Source of the DNA: the human T2T-CHM13v2.0 reference genome, Homo sapiens
Length of the DNA: 64,000 nucleotides
Strand: one strand, 5' to 3'
NCBI RefSeq assembly: GCF_009914755.1
Contig: NC_060939.1
Made by a program: the position numbers and the translations under genes. Below are positions 26,314 through 51,098 of the stretch, piece by piece. The notes beneath the pieces are model-generated. The model was given only the letters and a program-made list of their open reading frames with translations, did not search any database and had not been told where the DNA came from. Each line of letters begins with the position of its first letter. Positions within the stretch are counted from its first letter, which is position 1.

Positions 26314-26393
26314 CAAACTCTTGTGGTTCTATAATTATTTATGTCCATGAGTCCTGGGATGGACATAAATAATTATAGAACCACAAGAGTTTG
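26314..26393. repeat. Perfect inverted repeat: 35-bp arms with a 10-nt spacer
   Basis: 26314-26348 is the exact reverse complement of 26359-26393. Confidence 0.97.
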
Positions 26394-26411
26394 TTTATGT
26401 GAAGAATGTCA

Positions 26412-26697
<286 letters not shown>

Positions 26698-26900
26698 ATG
26701 ATGTAATGAAAAGCTTTTGACACTTTATCTTATTTCCAAAAAGGGCAGCTGGACAGAAGAGAAACCAGCCCTAAGGGGTCCCTGACACTATCTCTATCAA
26801 TTCCACAAGGCTGTCTCCCCATTAAGAAAGCTCGGGTCTCACCTCCCTGACCTGAGGCCAATGACCAGACAGGCATCCTCAGGCTTGGACATACACGGAG

Positions 26901-27289
26901 GCTATGGTTTGGATGTGGTTTGTCCCTGCCAAAACTCATGGTGAAATTTAATTGCCAATGTAGCAGTGTTGGAAGGTGGTCCGAGAGGTGATGGATTTCT
27001 TACAGGGCTGGGTCAGTTCTCCCACAATTGGGTTAGTTTTTGTGGGAATGGATAAGCTCCTGCGAGAGCAGGTTGTTGTAAGCAAGGCTGCCTCTCATGT
27101 TTGTTCTCTTGGCAACACCCGCTTCCCCTTCTCTGTTCCCCCAGAGCTGAAGCAGCATGAGACCCTGACAGATGGGCTGCCTGATCTTGGACTTCCCAGC
27201 CTCCAGAGTCATGAGCCAAATAAACTCCTTTTCTTTATAAATTACTCAGTCTCAGGCACTGCCACAGCAACACAAAATGGACTAAGATA
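26901..27289 (+). mobile_element. MST-type (MaLR) solo LTR
   Basis: gctatggtttggatgtggtttgtccc...aataaactccttttctttataaattactcagtctcagg...aaatggactaaga. Confidence 0.8.
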
Positions 27290-28707
27290 GCAGATGAGAT
27301 AGGGCGCGCCTTATGCTGTAAGTTCAGGAAAAGTCACCCATGAAAGGAATATTCCTGTATTAAATATTTAAAATTCATAATGAGAGATTATACTTAAAGA
27401 GATGCTTCCTAACATCTGGTTTTTAACAATTCACAATTATTTGGGGAACATGTCCTTAGAGCAGGGGCCACCCTGGACACTGGCTTCTTGCTGGTCTGAG
27501 ACACTGGTGGGTTCTCCATCTTGTACCCCTCACACTCACAGTGGTGAGGGGAGCATGGGAGGAGATGCTACTTGGGGTCCCCACCGAGCCTGTGGGTGGC
27601 CAGGACAATGAAGGCCTGGGGCTGCTGCAGTCCCTCTTTGAAACCACCAGGAGAGGGTCTGCCTAGGCGTGCAGGCATAGAGGGAGCCGAAGATGCAGGT
27701 CTGATGGAGGCTGTCAGCTCCCAGGCGTGTCACGCCTGACCTCGGACTCCCCTGACATGTGAGCCAACACATTCTCTTTCACCGCACAGGCTGGTGTGAG
27801 GCGGCTGGTCCAGAGGCTCAGTCCCCAGAGGCCTGGCAGTCTGACAGCAATGCCCTGAGCTGTGTACAGACCACCCTCTCCCTGTTCTTCCCAAACACAA
27901 CTCTGCCTTTGCAAAGCTACCAGAGACCTAAAGACAAGAGACTGCTTTGGGAAACAACATAGGAAAGGCCTCCCCAGGCAGCTCTGGAGACGAAGTGCCG
28001 TTCCCATGCACAAGCCAATACGCTTCGCCAGGGTATGTGGTGAACCAATCCCCAAACAGGGCAGAGCAGAGAGCCCTGGGGAGGGAACATGCTGAAGAAG
28101 AAGGAGCAAGGCAGGGAACGCGGCAAGTGGGGACTCGAGAGTCATGTTAGAGCAACGATGAGCAAGACAATGTGCTATGATGTCAGAGACAGATGCCTGG
28201 ACCAGCGAGATGTGGCAGAAGGCCAGGAGACAGGCCGGTGTGCCCATGAAAAGCTGGCAGATGGCAGGGGACACCACTGGTCAGCAACGGGAGGAGGAGC
28301 CCTTCAGCCACTAGAGGAGGGACAACTGGGTCTCCACAGAGAGAAAGAAGCTTCCTCTGCCTCTCACATTATACACAAAGACCAACTCCAGAAGGATTAC
28401 AAACTTCCATGCAGAAGGCAAAGCTTCAAATCTTTAGATGACAATGTAAAGGAATGTCTTCATGACCCCAAGGCAGGGAAAACATCTTCAAAAAGATACT
28501 GAAAGTTCCATGTGCAGATGGTAGATTAAAAAAAAAAAAAAGTGCTAATCATTAAAAAAAAAAAGGCTACATCCAAATTAAGAGCATTTTATCAAAAATC
28601 ACCACTATCAGAGTGAAAAGGTAAGCCACAAATGGGAGAAGAATTTACGATATGTGCAGCACATAAAGAGTCTACACAGAATGAGCTGTAGAAAAATAGG
28701 CAAAAGA

Positions 28708-29026
<319 letters not shown>

Positions 29027-29674
29027 TCAATGGGGCATTTCACAGGAAAAGAAACAAGAAGACGCAACGAACGAAGAGATGCCCACCTCGTTAGTCACGA
29101 TGGAAGGCAGGAGAGGGCTACCTGAGATTCCATTTCCCACTGGCTTTCCCAGCCCAGGAGGTTATAAACTGAGCTGCTGTGATGTACAGGACAGAGGGAC
29201 AGCCAGACAGCACCACAAAAAGGCGGCCAGTCGAAAACACGAGGCGTCCACTGTGCCACGTCCTAAGAGGGGGTGGGCTCCCGGGGGCTCCCCTTTCATG
29301 CTGGCCACTCGTGCTGTCCACCATGGGGCACGTGCAGCCATTCAGATTTAAATCAGTGATAATTCAGTAACATTTAGCACTCAGTTCCTCAGTCACACTG
29401 AGCCACACTTCAACTGCTCAGCGGCCTCAGGCATGCAGAGGGCCCTCCTGCGCAGCAATGCCTTATACCTTACAGGCACACCAAATATGTTCATTTAGAT
29501 GTTGAAAACATCACATAATATAACAGTTTTATGACGTTAACACAGAAAAACATTCTTGAGACAGTGAACTACAGTACATTTTTGTTTTTCAATTGAAGGG
29601 AACAAATTCAAACTAAAGTCTCAACAGCCACAAAAAAAAAAAAATGATGCACAGCTGTTGCCACACCCCCACTA

Positions 29675-29995
<321 letters not shown>

Positions 29996-31485
29996 TCAAG
30001 CCTGGCTATAAGGACAGCCACAACGTCCCATCCCCAGCATCTTCCCTGCAGCGGTGGTTTATTCGCCACCTGGGCACGTTCTCCACACACCATGTGACCC
30101 CGGGCCTTGGCTCTGAAGCCTCTTTTCAACTCAACCTCATATCTTTAGGGAAGGCTATGATGATAGGAAACGTCACCACATGACAAGAACAAAGACTGCA
30201 CCACATCCCCAGTGGGGGCAGACAAGGTATTTGACAAAATGCAATCTCTCTTCGCAGGCATGGAAGGGGCCGCACCTAATCTGAGAAAGGGCATCTAGGA
30301 AGCCTGCAGCTAACTAACAGCACGCCCAACGGGAGGCCGCACACCAGGCCAGCTCCAAAGCAAGGCAGGCGTCTCAACGGCATCCCGGACAGCGGAATAA
30401 GGCACAAAAAGACGCAAGGTGCAAATATGGGACAGAAGGCCAACGTTTCCCAGCCAATCTACAGCTTCAACTCCAGCCCAGACAGAAACCGGCAGCTGAC
30501 CGCACAATGAACGTGGCATCAGGAGGGGCCTAAACTACCCTGGGAAGAGCAAAGCGGGAGGCTCAGCAGACCTTAAACCCTTGTCCCAGCAGGTCTTGCC
30601 CGAGTGCCCCTTCCCCAAGGACCAGCGGCCCGACACGGCCCCTCTGCTCCTCCCAGCTCTCAGCACCGCTGCAGGGACTCAGCCCCACTTGGCGGGGGTG
30701 GGGGCGGGGACGCTCATGCACCTGTGTCATTCCCAGCAAGCTTTCCCTGTACCACACTGGGAAATGGCTCCCTCCTCAACATCTGAAATTTCCATCTCTA
30801 GTCACGACATAAGCATTGGTTTTAATCATCCCAGCATTCCTCCTCTACTTTCTGACAATAAACTGAAAACAGATTCTCTTGAGCCAGGGCCGTGCTGATG
30901 GCTACTTCCCCATGGTGGCTGAGGGGGACACCTTATCGTCTCCTCAAACACCAGCAACAGCCCTGGGGAGTTGCCAAAAAGCAAAAAGTCCTGAGCCACG
31001 TGTTCAAGAGCTCAGCCACGCTGACTGACTGCCCATCAGGACAGTGCCTCGTCGGTCACCCACGTGCAGGCTCAAGTCGCTTTACAACACAAGGCTAGTG
31101 TTCAACTGTCCAGCTTTCAAGAAAACTCGGCCAGGTAAGAGACTAAAAGCAGTTTTGTTACGTGACAAAGGTCCCTGTCATACAATTTTATGAGACAATG
31201 CTTTCTGAGATCACTAAAGCTATTTATTTGCATTGCCCCAAACCAACCCACAGCAAGTCACGTGGGCCTGTCCCTAAGAGCACACCTGCCTGAGGGCCCT
31301 GCAGCTGGACCTGCAGATGGATGGGACGGCCTGGGGGCAGGGGCAGGCCTTGCACCATCTCGGTGGGCCTGTCTCTGAGCCTCAAGTCCCTATAGGCCCA
31401 GCAGGGCAGCAGGACCCAGCAGTCGGCTCTCTCGCCTCATTGGGTGGCAATTCTTTCGTAGGGGTGCCCGAGAGCGTGGTGTTCA

Positions 31486-31836
<351 letters not shown>

Positions 31837-32635
31837 CTAACGCCTGTGGCCGGCGCATACCCTGAAACAAGTCTGTTAGCAAAGAGCTCGGTAACCAGCA
31901 AGGCTGCAGGATCGTCTGGCTGGGGAATAAAATCCACCCCGGGAGAGAGAGCAACCATCACCAGGTGGCTTCCCATGACTGAATTCATGTTCTGAAACTG
32001 GACTCCTCTTTCAAGATGAAAGTGGTCCCGGGGTGCCACAATGAGGGGAGAGCTTTGTCGCCAGGTGTCTCCTATGGGGATGCACCCCAGCATCGTGAGC
32101 ACTGCCAGCTCCAGGGTCCCCCAGGACGCTGTCTGTGCTCCTGGGTGCGGCCCCAGGCTCAGCTGTGGTGAGGTCAGCAATCCTAACACCCTCCAAGCTG
32201 CCACATGTTTTGGGACAGAGTCCCCAGCGGGTCCTGGAAGGACCTGTTTGGGTCACGGGCTGATGGCTGTGCCAAGTGACCAAACTCTTACATGGTCTCA
32301 AGTCACAGAAGATTAAAATAATAAAAAGGATGAAAAATTATAAAAAGTAAGTTATGTCTAGAAAACTAAATCCAGGCTGGCCAAGGTGGCTCACGCCTGT
32401 AACCCCAGCACTTTGGGAGGCCAAGATGGGCAGATCTCTGGAGCCCAGGAGTTCAAGGACAGCCTGAGCAACATAGCAAGACCCCCTCTCTACACATACA
32501 AATAAAAACTCTGCGTATCAGTTAAAATAACCTGGACCCATTCTCTTGAGTTTGAAAAGATGAGGGAAGTATCACACTATATATGGTCAGAAATGTTTGA
32601 AGCCTAATTGAACGAATCCAGCTGTTGGAGAATCA

Positions 32636-32935
<300 letters not shown>

Positions 32936-33311
32936 TCACTCAACACACACAGGCTCAGGTGAGCGGGTCTGAGTCTACTGACTTGTAAAATCTACTGCCC
33001 TTAACTGGTACAGTTACAAAACCTACTTAGCCTGCCACCAAAAAGAAACCTGCTAAAATAGAAAAGAAAAGAAAACCATTTGGTGTTTCAACATTTGTTG
33101 AATAGCCGACTCGCTAGAAGCCATTTTGAAGTCTAGAATGAGAAATGAATACGACCCAGAGTTTCCCCCTGCCTCCCAGTCTCCCAGCAGGATGCCCAAG
33201 GTCGGACCCTGAAGGGGCCGGGGGAGCTGCCTTCTCAGGATGCACAGGGCACCCCCGGAGCCGGGAGAGAGACCCCTGTGGAGTGGGAAGGCGAGGAAGG
33301 TAGTTAGGGTG

Positions 33312-36134
<2,823 letters not shown>

Positions 36135-36209
36135 AGGTGGTTCCTGCAGAAGGACACCCCTCAGCTTGTCTAAGGACACGGGTGCAGATAGCAGGAGACC
36201 CCTACTGTG

Positions 36210-36950
36210 AGTATTCAGTGCTATAAATTTCCCTCTCAGCACTTTAGCTGTATACCAAATAAATCAAATAAATAAATCGAATAATCAAATCAAATAAATC
36301 ACTTCTTTAGCTGTATATATCAAATCTTGATATATTTACATTTCATTCAATTCAATGTATTTTTAAATTTCTCTTGAGATTTCCTCTTCAACCCAAGGAT
36401 TATTTAAAAGTGTGCTAATTTCCGAGCATATAGAGATTTTCTGGTTATCTTTTTATTATTGGTTTCTGGTTTGAGTTCATTGTGGTTGGAGAACACTCTC
36501 CATAGGATTTCAGTTCTTTAAATTTTGTTGAGGTGAGTTTTATGGCCCAGCGTATGGTCTATCTTGGTGAATGTTTCATGGGAATCTGAAAAACGTATAT
36601 ATTCTGCTGTTGTGGGGTAGAGGAACCTACACACGTCAGTTAGATCCTGTTGGTCGATGGTGGTGTTCAGTTCTTTTCTACTGTTGCTGATTTTGTGTCT
36701 ACTTGTTCTGTCAATTACTAAAATGAGAGTTGAAGTCCCCAACTGTAACTGTGGGATTGTTCACTTCTCCTTTACTTCTATTAGTCTTTCCTTCAAGTAC
36801 AGAAGCCTTGTTGTTTGACGCATAAACATCTAGCATTGCTATGTTTTCTTCGTGGTGGTTTGACTTATTATTATGTAATCTCCCTGGCAATATTCTTTGC
36901 TCTGAAGTTGATTTTATCTTATATTAATACAGCCACTCCTGCTTTCTTCA
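36210..36950 (-). mobile_element. Old L1 ORF2 endonuclease-region fragment
   Basis: ORF 36518-36742 (DLTDVCRFLYPTTAEY...TFTKIDHTLGHKTHLNK) is L1 endonuclease-like. Confidence 0.85.
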
Positions 36951-38300
36951 GCCTCCGCCTGATCTGTCTGCTTCCATTACTGATCCTGCTTTGTACCCCT
37001 TTGCTGGAATAAACTGCAGCTGTAAGACTCTGAGTTATGTGAGTCCTTCTAGTGAATTATCAGATGTGTAGAGGGTCATGAGACCCCCCAAAACAAAGAG
37101 CCAAAACTGATTACAGTGACGAGATTAGACAACACTGAAGGACAGAAACCCCACCCAGTGTCTGTCCCAGGCCCAAGCCCTGCGGCCCGCTGCAACCTTG
37201 AAGAAACCATCTACACATCTTCGCCCACACACCCTCCTCCCAGCCTCTCCTCAGAGCAGCACCCTGGGCTTTATGTGCTGGGATTCTGTGTAATATTTTT
37301 GGTTGATAACAGGTTCAATGTTTGAAAAGAAGAACACGAAAGTCATCAGTGAAATCTAATGACCTCATGTTACAAGTGAGAGAATTCATTCTCAGACCCG
37401 CCCTGACTGGCTCAGGATGACAGCTGTCAGAGGAGGCATCACTCAATGAACACATGGTCCCAGGCCTCTGGCCCCCTGCCCAGTGTCCGGTTTCCCAGTA
37501 GACTAAGCTCACCCCAAAGATGACACATCCGAGAGACAACACAGCTAGGGTAACAAACAGCAGATGTGACTTAACTACTCAGGGGAGTGGGAGGAGGCAC
37601 TACTTCTGGGGAAGGGCACCGTCACAAACACTGTGCTGTAAAAGACTTAAGCTCAGAAGAGGAAGCACTCTGGATGTCCAGTCACACAGCTCAGTTCAAG
37701 ACAGACTCTGCTGCCCGTGCCTGATACAGTCTCCAGCCTTGTTCGACAAGCAGAGAAGGTGGGTCACAGCACACAGAGCCGGCTCTGGACTCGCCAGTCG
37801 TGCAACTTGGGTGCTCTAACTTTCACGACACTCTGAGCCTTCATCTGTGAAATGGGGACAATCTTACTTATGAGATAAAGAATACTAGTTAATGTGCTCA
37901 AAAGGGTGTCTTACTGAGAAGCAGGCATGCTGTAAGTGGTGACATGACCAAGAACGAAAAAGATAACATTGCATAAATGGGTCCCTCATCTAAGTTTATT
38001 TTATTCCTGCAAGATACCAGCCCTAGTTCACTATTCATAAAAAAAGCACTAATCTGTTTTTTGAGTGGATTCCTGTGTATTCCATAATCACACAGATATA
38101 CACTGTGACTCATACTGCAGCAGAAGCAAGTGCACGTGGCATATGTGAGTGCTTGTGAGTACAAGGGCTGTCTGCTGTGAGCACATGACTCAGCTCAGAC
38201 ATCATCTCTTTTAGTATCCAGCCTCTTCTTGAGTGGGTGGTGGTCAACATCAGTGTCACTTGTATATGTCTAAATAATCTAATAGAAAATTACTGGTTTA

Positions 38301-41330
<3,030 letters not shown>

Positions 41331-42712
41331 TCACCCTTGGTCCACGTGGGCCCCGTTTCCCGAAGAGGAATCTCACATCCCCTTCATCACTGCACACAGT
41401 TCAGACGACCTGTCTCTCCTGCTCAGAGATGCTCTGAGTGCCGTAAAAAGGCCGCCCCCGGCCCACACTCGCTCTTTTCAGGGGCGGGAGAGACGGGCAG
41501 CGTATGCCGAGGCTTGGGCCCTCCAAAAACCAATGCCCTGATTTGGGTGTTTGCCGTTTCCCAGGTGCAAACACTTGCGCTCCTGCCAGGTCCAAGGCAC
41601 TGCCCTGTAAGGAGAAGGAAGACGCCCAAAGGACTGGAGTGAGAAGATCTCGCTCTGAAGAACAGAGGGTTAGAAAGGAATGAGTGGAAAACATTGTTTC
41701 CGCCACTCAGAGCCAGCTGGTGCGTTAGAAAGCGTCCAGGTGCAGGCAGCGTGTGAGCGGCAGGGCCTGGGCCCTCTCCATCCCAGCTCCAGGCATTGGG
41801 CAGATGGGGCAGACAATGTCCTGTGATTGTCCCCGCTTCCTACAAGCGAGGACACTTAAATACTGATGAGTGCTGGCAGCCTGCCCCCACCGCAGAGCCC
41901 GGGGACACCGCAGCTCGCAGAGGGAAGACGCTTTCGCTCTTCACAGGCGAGCCGGATCCTCTGGCCTCATCCTGGGGGCCTGCTGGCTCTTGCCGCCATC
42001 ATTGTTCCTTCCCCAGCTCCGCTGAGGCTGGGGATCTGCTTGTATTTGCTCTGCTCTATTTTTGTGGGGTATCTGCTCATTTCATCTCTCTTCGTTGCTA
42101 CAATGTTTATATTTTCCTTACTAAATCACACGGGTGCTTGAAACGTGAAGAAACTAGCCCTTAATAATACTCAGACTTGTGACAAGCCAAGCCACCCCCA
42201 GCGTGGACATCATCCTATCTCACACATGGTAGACCCGGGTGCTCCGGGTTTCCACCCTCCAGGCACAGGCGGACATCCTTGTTTCTGGATGTCAGACCTT
42301 CCCTGGGCTCACCTTTCCAGCTCCGCTCCTCCGGTCAGGCCTTACAGCCACCCTGGGCCTCCTTATCTCAGGAATGCACCTGAGCCTCTTCCACTTGTCT
42401 TCTCAGCTTGATGTTTTTAAACCTGTAATCTTCCAACAATCTCACTTGTGTTTGTGCTGGGAATGAGACCAGGCCCAGCCTGACACCTATCACAAGGCCA
42501 GAGCTGTCCCAACACTACGTACGCGCTAGTTCTAGATAAGCACTGTTTTGGGTTGGTTGGCTAGTTTTTGTTTTAAATTACTGCTACTTTTCAGGAAGAT
42601 GTTAACAGAATGGAAAAAAAAAATAACATTTTATACACAGCGTGATACATTTAGGTCACTGCAACCAAACCAATTAAACTACACTTCAAAACATGCTTCA
42701 TTATGAGCTTCA

Positions 42713-42883
<171 letters not shown>

Positions 42884-43919
42884 TTAAAATTCAGAAGTCC
42901 TCCATAATCCATCTACTAAATCTTCCTCCCAGTCAACTGATACAATCATCAAATAGGAAAATTCTAGTGAATCGAAAACCATAGAACGAATGAGATCTCA
43001 ATACTCAAATATAATAAATGCACCCAAAGCTCAGGGGCCACAGCAGGAACACCCGGGGTCTGGTCTGCTGTACCAGAGCCGCCTCGAGCCCAACGCAATC
43101 CTCAGGTAGCTCGTGGGCTCTGCTGCGCTTCCAGACACGGCGAGGACGGTGGGGCAGCTGCCTGTGACGAGAACGGCGACGCCCCGGTGGTTCAGATCAC
43201 AAGTTACACACCAGCAGGGAAGGACAGGGACACTTAGGTATTTGTAACCCACTCAATTAGTCAAGAGATTGTGTCTTGATAATGGATTAGGGGACACTTA
43301 AAATCGAATGTGTCCATTTTCATGCAGAAACATCAAACTCAGCTAAGCCTTTCAAATTGGAAGGGTTCGTTTAAACACATAAAACTTTTGCAAAGAAGTA
43401 TAAGAAAGACAATTTTGTGGATTTGCTAATTATGTAATTCCAAGCACTTGATTAACTCATATTCCACTTCAGGAAATGGAAACAGATGTAATTGTGAAAA
43501 TACTGCTGTCCCACACAATGTGTGCATCTGAGAGGACGTGCTGCACAGAGGAGCAGCCACTAGGCCCCCTGACCACCTACCGCAGTACTTCTGGGTATGC
43601 CTTTCCAAACGGATCCTAAATCCCTGTGCTGTCAGTATGCCAATATCCCTGGGTGCCACAGTCCTCAGTGCTTGGCATGCATGTCTGTCTGCATGTCTCT
43701 GTGCACCTGCATCTGCGTGAGTCCATGTATGGAGATGTGTTATCTGCAGATGTGTCTGCAACAGGATGTGTGCATGTCTGTGTGTCCCTGCGCCTGTGTT
43801 CTTAACACCCGTTCCAGGAAGTACATTCCATCAGGAGGCGCTACGGTCAGGGTGATGCTCAGAAAAGGGAACCCCATTTCCCAGAGATTCCTGGGCACTG
43901 CTCACACCCTTGACAGCAG

Positions 43920-44028
43920 CACACCTGCAAAGCCACGGCACACTCATCAACCTCTGTCCACCTCCGATGGTGACACACCTGCAAAGCTACGGCACACACG
44001 TCAGCCTCCGTCCACCTACAATGGTGAC
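43920..44028. repeat. Diverged 54-bp tandem duplication (2 copies)
   Basis: cacacctgcaaagc...gtccacct..atggtgac at 43920 and 43974. Confidence 0.85.
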
Positions 44029-44070
44029 GGCGGGGTGCGGGAGAAGACAACAAATGGAAAATCAGAGTAA

Positions 44071-45304
<1,234 letters not shown>

Positions 45305-45374
45305 TCTATATTTCTAAATAATACATTTCTACAACTTCTTCTTGATTTATCAAGTTTAGATACTGATTGACTCC

Positions 45375-46030
45375 TGGGTAGGATTTGGTGGCCTCTGGCC
45401 CAGTTCTAGGAGGCAGTCTCTACACCCTCATTTCTGAGTGACAGGAATGACTGGTATCACGGGGCCACACCTGACTTTATGCTAGCAAGATGACTCAACA
45501 TGGGGCTGGCCACACCAGAAAGACAGCATGGGGTTAGAGGCCTGGGGCTGTGTGCCTGGTGAACTCAGCTGACTTCCTGGGAGGTGAAGGGCTGGAGGCT
45601 GAGCTCAGCTACGTGGCCAGTGATTCAGTCAACTGTGCCCATGCAACGAAGCCCCAATAAAAACTGAACACCACAGCCCAAGTGAGCGCCCCTGGCTGGC
45701 AGTACCCTGAGGAGCGTCCCACCTCAGAGCTCGGAGGGTGATGCGTCCCTGAGGACAGGGAAAGCTTTGCACATGGAAACCTCCCAGACTTTGCCCTGCA
45801 CATCCTTCCAACAAGCATCCTTTCCTCCAATTGACTATAATCGTATTAGGGCACGCCCAGTGAGTACTGCGAATGTGTCACCTGAAGAGCTGGGGAGGGT
45901 GGATCCTGAACTGTAACCTGCTGGTTAGAAGTGAGGGTGGCCCCAGGGACCCCAAATGTGTGGCTGGTGTCTGCAGCAAAGGCAGTCTTGTGGAGGACTG
46001 TGCCCTCAGACTCTGCAGTTTGACAATGTC
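45375..46030. mobile_element. MER21-like LTR
   Basis: gaagccccaataaaaactgaacacc and ggcagtcttgtggaggactgtgccct motifs. Confidence 0.6.
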
Positions 46031-46757
46031 ACTGCAATCCCCTAAGAGGAAAACTAAGTTTCAGCACCAATATCCTAAGCCCCCACTGCACGTTGCCTCG
46101 GGTACACTGAGGTTCAGCTCCAGCCTTATTTTGACCTGGTCAGTGCTAGGCCCAACAGTGGCTCTTTTCCTTTGTGTCGATCCTGCTTGAGGTTTATTGA
46201 GCTTCTTGTATCTGTGGGTTTATCGTTTTCATCAAATCTGGGAAATTCAAGGGCATTAATTTTGAAATCTTTTCTGCCCCCCGACAACCTCTTACTAGGA
46301 TTCCAATCACAGGCATATTAGAATCGCTGATGTTTGTCTCAGTTTGCTGAGGCCCTTCTCGTTTTTTTCATCATTTTTTTCTTTTGGTGCTTCAGTTCAG
46401 CTAGTTTCCACTGTTATAATCTCAAACTCACTCAACTCCCGCAAAGTCTACTCTGATATTCGGCCCAACAAGTAATTTTTCATTCTAGATACTGCATTTC
46501 AGCTTTAATTCACTGGATTATTTATATAACACCCATTTATCTCTGCATTGTTTTCCCTGAATCCTTGAGCACATGCATAGTCGCTGCCTTAACATCCTTG
46601 TCTGCGAATTCCATCATCTCTGTCATTTCTGCGTCTGTTTTGTACAGTGATTTTTCTCTGGGCTATGGGTCACATTTTCCTGGTTCTTGGCATATCTAGT
46701 AATTCTTGATTGGGCACTGGGCATTTCAGTGCCATGCTGCATGTCTTGACTTTGTTA

Positions 46758-47180
<423 letters not shown>

Positions 47181-47329
47181 ATAGAGTGTTGAATGTCTTG
47201 GGGGGCAGGCAGTTGACTTACTTGTCAATCTGCTGGATCTTGTCATGATGAATTTTTGGCACTTGTAGGGATGGGCATAATTCAGTACCTCTGGCACCTC
47301 TAGTGAACATCTGGGTGTTCAACAGGGTT

Positions 47330-48990
<1,661 letters not shown>

Positions 48991-49213
48991 GGATTAGCAA
49001 TTCTGAAACTACTTTCTGTGTTTTTTTGGAAATGAGCAAATGAGTAATATACTAAGAATAATGAAGCAAGGATCCTCAGTGTTTAATGAAGTCAGAAAAA
49101 GGGAAAGAGAGAAGACTAGAATGAACTCTGCAGTGCTGAAATGGAATTGGAAATATCAGTATAAACTTATAGTTTTAATACGTAGGTAACTATATAGAAA
49201 TAAACATGCACAT

Positions 49214-49570
49214 TGATATGGTTTGGCTGTGTCCCCACCCAAATCTCATCTTGAATTATAACTCCCATAATTCCCACGTCTCATGAGTGGGACTCGTTAG
49301 GAGGTAACTGAATAATGGGGGCAGGTCTTTCCCATGCTTTTTTCATGATTGTGAGTGAGTCTCATGACATCTCATGGTTTTAAAAGGTGAGTTTCCCTGC
49401 ACAAGCTCTCTCTCTTGTCTGCTGCCATGTGAGACATCCCTCTCACCTTCCGCCATGATTGTGAGGCCTCGCCAGCTATGTAGAACCATAAGTCCATTAA
49501 ACCTCTTTCTTTTGTAAATCGCCCAGCCTCAGGTATGTCTTTATCGGCAGTGTGAAAATGGACTAATACA
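49214..49570 (+). mobile_element. THE1B-like solo LTR
   Basis: tgatatggtttggctgtgtccccacccaaatctc...gaaaatggactaataca. Confidence 0.92.
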
Positions 49571-49581
49571 CATGCACATGT

Positions 49582-51098
<1,517 letters not shown>

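Noticed and set aside
26314-26393. MADE1/Hsmar1 MITE explanation for the 80-bp palindrome
   Set aside because: The size is similar, but the arms lack the MADE1 terminal repeat (ttaggttggtgcaaaagtaattgc).
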